Positions 31,773 through 40,436 of a stretch of 63,920 nucleotides of DNA are shown piece by piece. The first letter of the stretch is position 1. Every line of letters begins with the position of its first letter. Below the pieces are notes generated by a model, which ran no database searches, was not told the DNA's origin, and saw only the letters and a list, made by a program, of their open reading frames with translations. The stretch is from Patescibacteria group bacterium UBA1396 (lineage in GTDB: Bacteria > Patescibacteriota > Microgenomatia > UBA1400 > UBA1396), in the NCBI GenBank assembly GCA_002305195.1, contig DBQK01000009.1, positions 61,575 to 125,494 on the forward strand, in the 5' to 3' direction. The position numbers were made by a program, and so were the translations under genes.

Positions 31773-31991
31773 ATGCAGCTGGAACAAATTTTTTACATCT
31801 TAAGCATTGCCTTTTTCTTTAGTTTCTGGATATTAATAGCAGTTGTGATTGTTTTTTTATTGTCACTGTATCGCAACTACTCCGATTGGAAAAAAAACTT
31901 TTGGCATGGAAAAACATTTCTATCTGGTTTGTTAACTATTACTACCCTGGCTGGTCCTTTGATTAAAAAATTAACCAATAAGCGTCGCTAA
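31773..31991 (+). CDS. Small membrane protein
   Basis: 72 aa, hydrophobic, preceded by GAAGGTG. Confidence 0.6.
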   Translation: MQLEQIFYILSIAFFFSFWILIAVVIVFLLSLYRNYSDWKKNFWHGKTFLSGLLTITTLAGPLIKKLTNKRR

Positions 31992-32060
31992 TCACTAGGC
32001 TCGTGCAAGTTGAATTTATTAATTAGGAATAAAAGAATAGGAATGTAAGATAACAGCGGT

Positions 32061-33905
32061 TTACCAACTACCGCCTCCTCCGCCTCCCCCGCCACCACCT
32101 GAAAAACCACCACCTGAAAAGCCGGAAGATCCGGAGCCAGATCCAGAACTAGAGGAGTTGAAAGCTAAGTTTTTATTAACCTGCTGGCTGAAATCATTGG
32201 TGAAATTAACTAAAGTACTACCAACCACAGCATTACTACCTAGATATTCTGGAGCGGCTATACCAAGATCCTTCATATCATTGGCAATTTTATCAACTAC
32301 CCCCAAACCGATAGCAAAGGGAAGCACTTCCTCGATGAATAGGTTTTTTTCCTTGATTTCTTCTCGCCACTTACCTCTTTCAATAGTCTTTTTTAAACCA
32401 TTGGCAAGTTGACTGATCCTCCAACCTGCCAGAGTTTTAGCTGGCATTTGCCAAGCAAATATTAGAGCTGCCGTTGAAGAAATCATAAAAATTAAAACGA
32501 GACCAATCAAAATAATAGGCCAAAATAAAAATGTTTCCCAGACTGAAAACAGTGCAGCTCCGGAGACTACTATTAAGCTACCAGCCACGGCAAAATAGAT
32601 TCCCTTCTGCTTACTGGGAGTTGCTGTAAAGTACTTTCCGGATTTAAGACTTTGTTCAACCTTCTTTTTCCACTCCAAAAATTGTTGATAAAAAGTGCCC
32701 TTTAACTCGCTAAGCTTAACTTTATTATTTTTTTTAAATATTGCTGAAACCAAAAAAGATTGGTGATCCGGCAAATTTGGCTGTTTACTATTTTTAATGA
32801 GAGAATATTCGTCTTTTGTAGAAAATAACCGTTTTTTCTGTTCAACCTTGATGCTAAGGGCTTTTTTTCTGGCTAGATCGATAATTTCGGCGGCCAGCGC
32901 CCGGTTGGGAATGGTCTCGGTCCGGATTAATTCAACTTGGGCGGGAGAAAGATCAGTAAATGGCTCATAGTGAAACGGCACTGGCCGCCGCCAAAACAAA
33001 GGTTTCTTGACAACCTCATTGGTTTTAGCGGATAGATAAACATGAGATAACGAAACAGTGTCCCTACCCTTTCGCCACCACAAGTAGCCCATTATCGGAC
33101 CTGAAATAACAGTACCGATTAACTGTAGAATTACCAGCCAATTAATATTATTTTTTTGCCACCAAGTGGGAAAGGTCAGTTGGTTAGGCAGCTCAAGTTT
33201 TAGGACTACGGTTAGGTTATCGCCTGGGTTAAACAGTTGTTTGGAAGTTACGCTAACTTGACTAGAATTAATGAACTCTATGTTACAGTTGGAGTCGGTG
33301 CTACCAAACTTACCAGTAAAACATTTAGCATCAACAATCTCAGCATGTGGGGAAGATATTGTAGCTGCCGCTTGGTTAATGGGGAAATTCCAATCTTCAC
33401 CTGTAATATCCCAATAAAGCTCATCATAGCTGTCATAATGATCAACAGCGTAAGAAACTTCATAATTTAGTTGATAATGCTGCTGACCGGAAAAAGTACG
33501 GTTAGGATCGCCAATTTTTGCCACAAAATTGTTATTTTCAATTTGGGAGGTCCAAGGAACTGAACCACCATCAATTAACTGAACCGAAAAGTTTTTGATG
33601 GAAAATCTCTCTACTCCACTTGAGGATTTGATCTTCAGAGGAATGAAGCGAAAAATACCATGTTTTTCCAACTGAGTTTTGAATAAAATCTTTTCCGATA
33701 TTTTTAGTGATGTGTCTGGCAAGATCTCTATCTCGGTTGTAAATGATTCAATGAATTCCGGCACTGCTTGTCTACTTAGTTCGCCTTGAGCATATGCCGT
33801 ACTTAATATAACTAAAAAATAGGAGCTGCAAATAACCAATCCAAAAATAATCAACCGAAACAAAGAAATTTTTTTCAGCCAGCTCTTAAAATGAGACATT
33901 TTCAT
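32061..33905 (-). CDS. DUF2207 family membrane protein
   Basis: HGIFRFIP, DELYWDITG, LPFAIGLG, Gly/Ser-rich tail ending GGGGGSW. Confidence 0.9.
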   Translation of the reverse strand: MKMSHFKSWLKKISLFRLIIFGLVICSSYFLVILSTAYAQGELSRQAVPEFIESFTTEIEILPDTSLKISEKILFKTQLEKHGIFRFIPLKIKSSSGVERFSIKNFSVQLIDGGSVPWTSQIENNNFVAKIGDPNRTFSGQQHYQLNYEVSYAVDHYDSYDELYWDITGEDWNFPINQAAATISSPHAEIVDAKCFTGKFGSTDSNCNIEFINSSQVSVTSKQLFNPGDNLTVVLKLELPNQLTFPTWWQKNNINWLVILQLIGTVISGPIMGYLWWRKGRDTVSLSHVYLSAKTNEVVKKPLFWRRPVPFHYEPFTDLSPAQVELIRTETIPNRALAAEIIDLARKKALSIKVEQKKRLFSTKDEYSLIKNSKQPNLPDHQSFLVSAIFKKNNKVKLSELKGTFYQQFLEWKKKVEQSLKSGKYFTATPSKQKGIYFAVAGSLIVVSGAALFSVWETFLFWPIILIGLVLIFMISSTAALIFAWQMPAKTLAGWRISQLANGLKKTIERGKWREEIKEKNLFIEEVLPFAIGLGVVDKIANDMKDLGIAAPEYLGSNAVVGSTLVNFTNDFSQQVNKNLAFNSSSSGSGSGSSGFSGGGFSGGGGGGGGGGSW

Positions 33906-33928
33906 AGTCTTGTTATTTAAACTTTATT

Positions 33929-34735
33929 TTACTTACTTTTTCTGTTTTTTGGCTGACTGAATAATTTCAGTGAAGAAGTAATAACTATAGTAGTTATGGT
34001 TATTAATCCGAGTTGATAGAGATTTGCTGAAGTGATAATTGTTGCAGGTGCTGCAGTTGGAAGAATAATCTGTTCTGCCGCTTGTACCCTGGCACCAGCA
34101 ACTTGAGACTCATTTGCTTGGGAGTCTGTTAATGAATTTTCTGAGTTGGTACCAGATTCTTGTCCAATGTTAGGACTATTTAGTGGTTTGCCAAAAAAAT
34201 TAACCACTAGTGTGGTGGGGTTATCTTGGTAACTTCCAGATAAAACCGCAATTCCGATTTCGGTATATTCTGGGTTTAAAATATTTTCTTTATGGGTTGG
34301 TGAGCTCATCCAGGCTTGAACCATTTGATTGGTGTCACTAAAATTTCTAGCTAAGTTTTCGCCAGCAAATTTATAGTTGTAACCTACCCTATCTAAAAAT
34401 ATCCACGGTTCAAAACCGTCCGGACTATTGTGTGACCAGTATTGTCGATTCATCATATCTTGTGCTTTTTCCCAAGCAGCTTCTGATAATTGATCATTGA
34501 GTTTTAGCGGCAGCAGATTTGCTTCGGTTCTTTGTGAATTAATTTTGGTCAAAACCTCTGGAACCGCAATAGAACTTTGAAAACCAATTATTCTGGCAAG
34601 CTGCGGTAAGTAAAAATTTGCCCACAAGCTAAGCACCCAGCTAACACTAATAATGATAATTAGCCAAAACCAGCGATTATTGACAGGAAATTTTTTATGA
34701 TTGGTTCGATGATAAAAAATTGACTTAGTTGGCAC
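33929..34735 (-). CDS. CAP (SCP) domain surface protein
   Basis: KAQDM..YWSHNSPDG, AGENLA, WMSSPTHKENIL; TM segments at both ends. Confidence 0.9.
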   Translation of the reverse strand: MPTKSIFYHRTNHKKFPVNNRWFWLIIIISVSWVLSLWANFYLPQLARIIGFQSSIAVPEVLTKINSQRTEANLLPLKLNDQLSEAAWEKAQDMMNRQYWSHNSPDGFEPWIFLDRVGYNYKFAGENLARNFSDTNQMVQAWMSSPTHKENILNPEYTEIGIAVLSGSYQDNPTTLVVNFFGKPLNSPNIGQESGTNSENSLTDSQANESQVAGARVQAAEQIILPTAAPATIITSANLYQLGLITITTIVITSSLKLFSQPKNRKSK

Positions 34736-34808
34736 GATAACATCATATCAATTTTGCGATAAGAAAAGCTAACAACAATTACTATCAATATATATAGAAA
34801 TCAGTCAA

Positions 34809-35555
34809 TTGCTAGTTATCTATAGCATGGTGTATATTGCAACTATGCTTACCCTACTTCTGGTTGAGGATAATCAAGAAGTAGCAACTTTTATTCAAGA
34901 ATATCTTGGTAGAGGCGGCTACAATGTGCTACGCGCCAGCACCGGTTCCAGAGCTCACGATCTTTTTGCCCAAACTCAACCTGACCTAATTATTCTAGAT
35001 CTAGATTTGCCTGATGTTAGAGGTGAGACTCTTTGTGAGGAATTTAAACAAATGAACCCTGAGATACCAATTATTATGTTAACCGGTGCATCTCAAACTT
35101 CCGATGTAGTGCGTGGGTTAAACATTGGTGCTGACGACTACATCACGAAACCTTTCGAGGGTAAGGAATTGACCGCCAGGATTAAAGCTCGTTTAAGAGA
35201 AAGAGGTTTGAGTAATAAAATTTTGCGTGTTGAAGATCTAACTCTTAACACCGAGACGATGGAGGTTTTTAGAGGAGAGAGACAGATAAGTTTAACTCCC
35301 CAGGAATTCCGGCTACTTGAATATTTGATGCTTAACCCTAATCGAGTTTTAACCAGGGATATGATTTTAAGCAGGGTTTGGCAAACAGCTCCTGATATCG
35401 AAACCAGAGTAGTTGATGTCTATGTTGGCTACTTAAGAAAAAAAATTGATCAAGGTGAAAAATTAAAATTAATTACTTCCGTTAGGGGTTTTGGTTACAC
35501 GATTAAAACCAGCAAAACTGTTAAAGTGAAAAATAACCCTGAAAAAAACAATTAA
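34809..35555 (+). CDS. OmpR-family response regulator
   Basis: LLVED, ILDLDLP, GADDYITKPF, winged-helix VRGFGY; real start probably at MLTLLLVED. Confidence 0.95.
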   Translation: MLVIYSMVYIATMLTLLLVEDNQEVATFIQEYLGRGGYNVLRASTGSRAHDLFAQTQPDLIILDLDLPDVRGETLCEEFKQMNPEIPIIMLTGASQTSDVVRGLNIGADDYITKPFEGKELTARIKARLRERGLSNKILRVEDLTLNTETMEVFRGERQISLTPQEFRLLEYLMLNPNRVLTRDMILSRVWQTAPDIETRVVDVYVGYLRKKIDQGEKLKLITSVRGFGYTIKTSKTVKVKNNPEKNN

Positions 35556-36607
35556 GCTGCTTTTTTAGTATCATTATTAGTATTAGCGATTGGCAGTGAA
35601 AAGCTGATGGTAGTTCCTTTACTTTTTTGGCTAACGATCTCTATTTTACTTTGGTAGTGATTCAATATTTCTCTGACTAAAAATAAACCAATGCCCATAC
35701 CTGATGGCGAAGGCCTTGACTTGACTTGGTAGTACAAATCAAATATTTTATGTTGTTCTGGTTGAGGAATACCAACTCCTTGGTCCTTAACCGATATTTG
35801 AACTCTATTTTGTGAGGTTAGTTTTTTGATTGAAATTTTTATCAAAGTGCCAGACTCAGAATTTTTGATAGCGTTTGACAATAAATTATCAAGAACTTGA
35901 GAAAGTCTTTGTGGATCAAAAACAACTTTTGATTTTATACTTCCGGAAATTTCGAGCCAATGTGTCTGATGAGACAAACGATATTCAGTCACAAATTTGT
36001 TTAAAAATTTCATTAACGACTGGGACTGGTCATTATAGATTAACTCGCCACCTGAAAGTCTGGTGACATCAAGAAAGTCAGCCAATAAAGTGTCAATCAA
36101 GATAATTTTTTGCTTAATTTTTTTAACATACTCAAGGCGCTTTTTAGCATCTGATTCCTGATTTAACATAGCAATTGTTTCAGACATGGCCATCAGACTA
36201 GCAAGTGGATTTTTTAGTTCATGACCAACTACTTTAAGAATGTGTTCTCGTCTTTGATTACCTTTAATTTCTTGAGAAATATCTTTTAAATCAAGATATA
36301 ACTGATTTTTATCGGCTTGCAAAGTAATTTGAACCACAATTTGCTGGCCGTTCAGTAGCCAGGTTCTAGTAACGGTGTGTGGCTTATTTGAATGTTCAAT
36401 TTTGTTAATTAATTTTTTGAAATCAGAGGAATGTTTATCGACTGAAATTTTTCGATCAAACGCAAAAAAGTTAAGCTTATTGGGTGTTTGATGAACAATT
36501 TTCCAGAAACTTTGGTTCGCCCAAATTAGATCACCTGTCAAATTGAGAATTGCTAGTCCCGAGTTACTTAGCTTGGCTAGCTGTTGATAATTTTGGTAAT
36601 TGCTCAT
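35552..36607 (-). CDS. Cytoplasmic PAS-containing sensor histidine kinase
   Basis: HELKNPL H-box, NLLSNAIK, DQGVGI, GMGIGL; no TM segment. Confidence 0.9.
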   Translation of the reverse strand: MSNYQNYQQLAKLSNSGLAILNLTGDLIWANQSFWKIVHQTPNKLNFFAFDRKISVDKHSSDFKKLINKIEHSNKPHTVTRTWLLNGQQIVVQITLQADKNQLYLDLKDISQEIKGNQRREHILKVVGHELKNPLASLMAMSETIAMLNQESDAKKRLEYVKKIKQKIILIDTLLADFLDVTRLSGGELIYNDQSQSLMKFLNKFVTEYRLSHQTHWLEISGSIKSKVVFDPQRLSQVLDNLLSNAIKNSESGTLIKISIKKLTSQNRVQISVKDQGVGIPQPEQHKIFDLYYQVKSRPSPSGMGIGLFLVREILNHYQSKIEIVSQKSKGTTISFSLPIANTNNDTKKAA

Positions 36608-36775
36608 TATTTAGATTGTTAGTTTATATTTATCCAGTAAACAAACTGATTGTGCCGATTTGTCCCAGTTTAGCTCATAGTTGGGATTATCTGAAGTCCT
36701 TTTTTTAAATTTGCTTGCTGGAAAAATATATTTTCTTTATACTTCTTTAGTTAGGATTAACTTAATAAGATTGTT

Positions 36776-37339
36776 TTGGTCGTTATGAATATTATTTACC
36801 TTTTTAAAAAATACCCGCCCTATTTAAAAGCAGCCGTCTATGGCGCCAATGATGGACTGGTTACCACCTTTGCTGTGGTGGCCGGCGCCGCCGGCGCCGG
36901 CCTACCTGTTCCTTCAGCACTAATCTTGGGCATCTCAAATGTAGTTGCTGATGGTTTGAGTATGGGACTGGGAGATTTTTTGGGCGAACGTTCAGAAAGA
37001 AGAATTGATTCCAATACTAAGAATAAAATTGCGGTGTGGCATACAGGTTTAATCACATTTTTATTTTTTGTGTTAGCTGGCCTATTGCCCCTTATATCAT
37101 TAGTTTTTGTGGTATTAGATATTCCAATACTGATCAACTTGTCGGATAATTATTTATTACTGTCTTCAGTAACAACCGGCTTTGCGATGTTTGCGTTTGG
37201 TAGTTTACGAACTTTAGTCACTAAAGGTTCCTGGATAAAAAACGGAATGGAAATGCTGCTTGTTGGCATGTTGGCTGCCGCCCTTGCCTATGGTTTGGGT
37301 CATTTTTTACAGCGACTATTTTCTTCTTTTCTCTTATAA
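36776..37339 (+). CDS. VIT1/CCC1 Fe/Mn transporter family protein
   Basis: YGANDGLVTTFAVVAG, ADGLSMGLGDFL. Confidence 0.9.
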   Translation: MVVMNIIYLFKKYPPYLKAAVYGANDGLVTTFAVVAGAAGAGLPVPSALILGISNVVADGLSMGLGDFLGERSERRIDSNTKNKIAVWHTGLITFLFFVLAGLLPLISLVFVVLDIPILINLSDNYLLLSSVTTGFAMFAFGSLRTLVTKGSWIKNGMEMLLVGMLAAALAYGLGHFLQRLFSSFLL

Positions 37340-37412
37340 AAATAGAGTAATTAATGCACCAAAATCAAACTACTGATTGTCATTAAGATGTTATTTGCTA
37401 CACTTATAACAA

Positions 37413-38765
37413 GTGTTTCTGCATACATCAAAAAGACTACTTTTTACTCTTTTGCTAATTATCTGTTTTTCTTGGCCTTTTTTCTCCTCACCTTCTGTTA
37501 GTTATTCCACCACTGAACATTGTCGATCAGGTTTTGAGATAAAAATTGAAAGTAAGGATGCTCCATTTGAGTACACAACTTCAGAAGGTAAAGTCATACG
37601 TAAAATCTGTGTTAAATCTGGTACTAAAACTTTTAGTAGCCTAAGAAATATTAATAACGGATGTTATACCTTTAGTGGTATTGGCACAAAGACAGGCAAA
37701 GTAGAAAAAACAGGAGCTGATAGTCCAACCTGTCAGGATATTTCTTATGCAGTCTTTTATACCAAACGCAAATGTGGTGGCCATTGCCCTCAACCCTCAC
37801 CTAGCCCAGTTGTCTCGCCGGAGCCTTCATCAAAACCATCTCCCGAGCCATCTCCTACTTCTTCCCCCGAGCCATCACCATCGCCAACACCTTTACTTTC
37901 TCCGATTCCTTCACCTGCACCCTCTCCCGAGCCATCCCCGACTCCTACTGAGACACCTTTGCTAACTCCTTCACCTCAGGCCTCGCCGGTCTTAACTTCT
38001 ACACCAACACCAACGCTTTCTGCAGTTCCCTCTTCAAGTCCAACACCCATACCTACTCCTACTCAGGCTAGTCCAGAACCCTCTGACGATGATAATAATG
38101 ATGACCGAGACAATGATGATGACGACCACGATTCTACTAACGATGATGACTCGTCCGACAATAAGTCTGAAGAGCCAACCACAAGTAATGACGTGGCTCA
38201 AGCAGTAATTGCCAGCACCGTTCTACCTCAGGTTTTAGGTGCATCTGATACTTATAATCCCTTGATTGAAGGTTTGAAGCTTGGTTTTGGCCAAATTTTG
38301 GGTGCTGCCACCTACCCATATACCTCTAATGAGATTGAGAATATATCCTCTGAAACTGGGGGCAAGCCGAAGAAATCGGCTAATAACTTAACGATGACAG
38401 ATTACTATCTTCTCTCACCACAAACCAATCAATTTTGGTCGGTTTATCAGGGGTATCGAGTTGGTGAAGATTTAGCTGTTGGTAGTCAAGAAATATCTTT
38501 TTTGCCTGGTTATAACAACCAAGTAATTTACGGTCACAACACTAAGGAAGTTTTTGGTCAGGTTAGAGCCTTGCCTTACGGAAGTAAAATAATGTTTGGT
38601 GAATTGGGAGACTTTTCTGCCTATCAGTTAACAAAATCTAAAGCAGTGGGAGTTTTAGGCCGGGATTTATCAAGTCTTTCGGTGGCAGATGATGAATTAT
38701 TACTAATAACTTGTGCCGGCCAAGGTGATGAGCTAAGGCTAATCTTAACCTTTAAAAAATTATGA
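37413..38765 (+). CDS. Secreted multidomain protein with C-terminal sortase domain
   Basis: Signal/TM segment, 6-Cys domain, Pro/Ser/Thr stalk, poly-Asp patch, then YGHN...LLITC...R catalytic triad. Confidence 0.75.
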   Translation: MFLHTSKRLLFTLLLIICFSWPFFSSPSVSYSTTEHCRSGFEIKIESKDAPFEYTTSEGKVIRKICVKSGTKTFSSLRNINNGCYTFSGIGTKTGKVEKTGADSPTCQDISYAVFYTKRKCGGHCPQPSPSPVVSPEPSSKPSPEPSPTSSPEPSPSPTPLLSPIPSPAPSPEPSPTPTETPLLTPSPQASPVLTSTPTPTLSAVPSSSPTPIPTPTQASPEPSDDDNNDDRDNDDDDHDSTNDDDSSDNKSEEPTTSNDVAQAVIASTVLPQVLGASDTYNPLIEGLKLGFGQILGAATYPYTSNEIENISSETGGKPKKSANNLTMTDYYLLSPQTNQFWSVYQGYRVGEDLAVGSQEISFLPGYNNQVIYGHNTKEVFGQVRALPYGSKIMFGELGDFSAYQLTKSKAVGVLGRDLSSLSVADDELLLITCAGQGDELRLILTFKKL

Positions 38766-39400
38766 AAATCAACAATCCAGAAATAACCCAACCTAATTTA
38801 AATCCAGTCGATCTTACCTGGCTGAAATTTGGTTTAATTATTGCTTTTGTTTTGATTATGGCTGGTGTTTGGTGGCAGTCGTGGCGAAACACTAATAACG
38901 TCGCCGACCAATCAATGATAGATATTTCTCCTACTTTAACACTGCCCAGTGGTTGGGTTGAGGAAGATGTCGAAGAACACGAAACAATGTTATTCCATGC
39001 TAAAAAAGAAGCTCTTTTTGATAATGAAAAAACTGCTCAGGTAGCGGTTGTAGTTTTACAAAATGTTTTAGATTCTGAGCAAGATCCAGCGGAGTATGCC
39101 GCCGAAATGATTGCTGGTGCCCAAAATACCCTACCAGGCTTAAAGTACACAGATAGCGAATTTATTAGTCAAGACAGTTTTGATTTACAAAGACTTAAAG
39201 GTGAATACCAAGTGGGTGATTTAACCTTCGGAATCAAACAACAATTATATTTCGTTGATGACCAGGTTTTTACTTTTTCCGGGTCATACCCTCTCGACGA
39301 CTCTATTACCTCTGCTGAAGTTGAAATAATTTTTGATCAAGTAATTGCCGATAAAAAACTAATTCCGCCCCAGGCAGAAATTACGGAAATCTCAGAATAG
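38762..39400 (+). CDS. Membrane-anchored protein, possibly PsbP/DcrB-like fold
   Basis: Single N-terminal TM, acidic extracellular domain; 4 bp overlap with the sortase gene. Confidence 0.5.
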   Translation: MKINNPEITQPNLNPVDLTWLKFGLIIAFVLIMAGVWWQSWRNTNNVADQSMIDISPTLTLPSGWVEEDVEEHETMLFHAKKEALFDNEKTAQVAVVVLQNVLDSEQDPAEYAAEMIAGAQNTLPGLKYTDSEFISQDSFDLQRLKGEYQVGDLTFGIKQQLYFVDDQVFTFSGSYPLDDSITSAEVEIIFDQVIADKKLIPPQAEITEISE

Positions 39401-40006
39401 CTAAATCTGCACAAGCTTAACTAAATTTTTGGTTTTAGCTTGAATATTTAGACCAACCTGTTTGAGCAATTCTTGTTGGCTGATTAATAATTGAGTTATC
39501 CCAAACCACACAGTCACAAAAATCAACGTGCTTTGAAGTTGCCAGCGCAAAAATGGTAGCCCATTAACGTAGGCCATACCTAGACCGGCGAGAGTATTAG
39601 GATACATTTGCCAGTGGTCAAGCCACCAAACACCAAAATTTGTCCAGGTAAAGAAAAATAAATTAAAGCCAATTCCAGTTAGGGCAGCCTTAAACATGAG
39701 AGGTACGCGATCAAACTTTTTATTTTTCAGCAACTTATTGGCAATTAAAAGTGGAAAGAGGAATCCTGACCAAGTAAACAGAAAAATACTGCTATTACCG
39801 ATAACTAAGTCTGACAAAATCAGCATTAATATAGTAAAGGTAATACTAGTTTTTCTACCCCAGTAATAGACTACCAGCAAGGAACTGGCAGTTAGAATCT
39901 CTCGATTTGGGCCAAGATCTAAAAGAGTCCTCTCACCCAAAGTTATCAGCCCAAGAATAACTAGCGGCCAGTATTTACTACCAAATTGACTCATATTTCC
40001 ATTCAA
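39401..40006 (-). CDS. Putative ECF S-component (DUF6580-like)
   Basis: About 6 TM segments; ILSDLVIG and YPNTLAGL..AY..GLPF motifs. Confidence 0.7.
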   Translation of the reverse strand: MNGNMSQFGSKYWPLVILGLITLGERTLLDLGPNREILTASSLLVVYYWGRKTSITFTILMLILSDLVIGNSSIFLFTWSGFLFPLLIANKLLKNKKFDRVPLMFKAALTGIGFNLFFFTWTNFGVWWLDHWQMYPNTLAGLGMAYVNGLPFLRWQLQSTLIFVTVWFGITQLLISQQELLKQVGLNIQAKTKNLVKLVQI

Positions 40007-40436
40007 TTATGTCGCCATCATTTAATTGGTAATCAGCCGCTCCAACTGAAGAAACCGCTCCATTGGTGTAAAAAATCCAGGCTTTTCGTTCGTCTTGCGC
40101 AAAGCTGCCAATTTTTTCAACTAGTGAACCAAAGTCATACTCCTTGATGGACAACTCTAACTCATTCTTAGTTGCCAGATCTTTTAAGAGCTGTAAAGCG
40201 GTGCTATCGGCTCGAGTGACCGCCGAAAACTCGGTTGGTTCTAACTGATTCGGAAAAAATATTTTAGTATCGACCTTGATATTTTGAGGTTTGTTTGGCG
40301 GTGATTGAGATAATGATGTTGTATCAGGTTGTGGAATTTGATCAGTGGTAGGCATCGATTGCCAGATAAAGAACATCGCCACCACCAATCCAATGCCGAT
40401 GAAACTTAAAAGTGAGATTAATTTTGATTTATTCAT
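39978..40436 (-). CDS. DUF4430 / transcobalamin C-terminal-like anchored protein
   Basis: FGSLVEKIG...WIFYTNG..SSVGAADYQLNDGDIIEWKY. Confidence 0.8.
   Translation of the reverse strand: MNKSKLISLLSFIGIGLVVAMFFIWQSMPTTDQIPQPDTTSLSQSPPNKPQNIKVDTKIFFPNQLEPTEFSAVTRADSTALQLLKDLATKNELELSIKEYDFGSLVEKIGSFAQDERKAWIFYTNGAVSSVGAADYQLNDGDIIEWKYESIW

Noticed and set aside
32061-32160. Gly/Ser low-complexity repeat
   Set aside because: Normal C-terminal tail of DUF2207 proteins
37790-38160. Repeated CCCGAGCCATC and GATGAC units as CRISPR or VNTR
   Set aside because: They encode the Pro/Ser stalk and poly-Asp of the sortase protein; spacing is irregular and there are no cas genes
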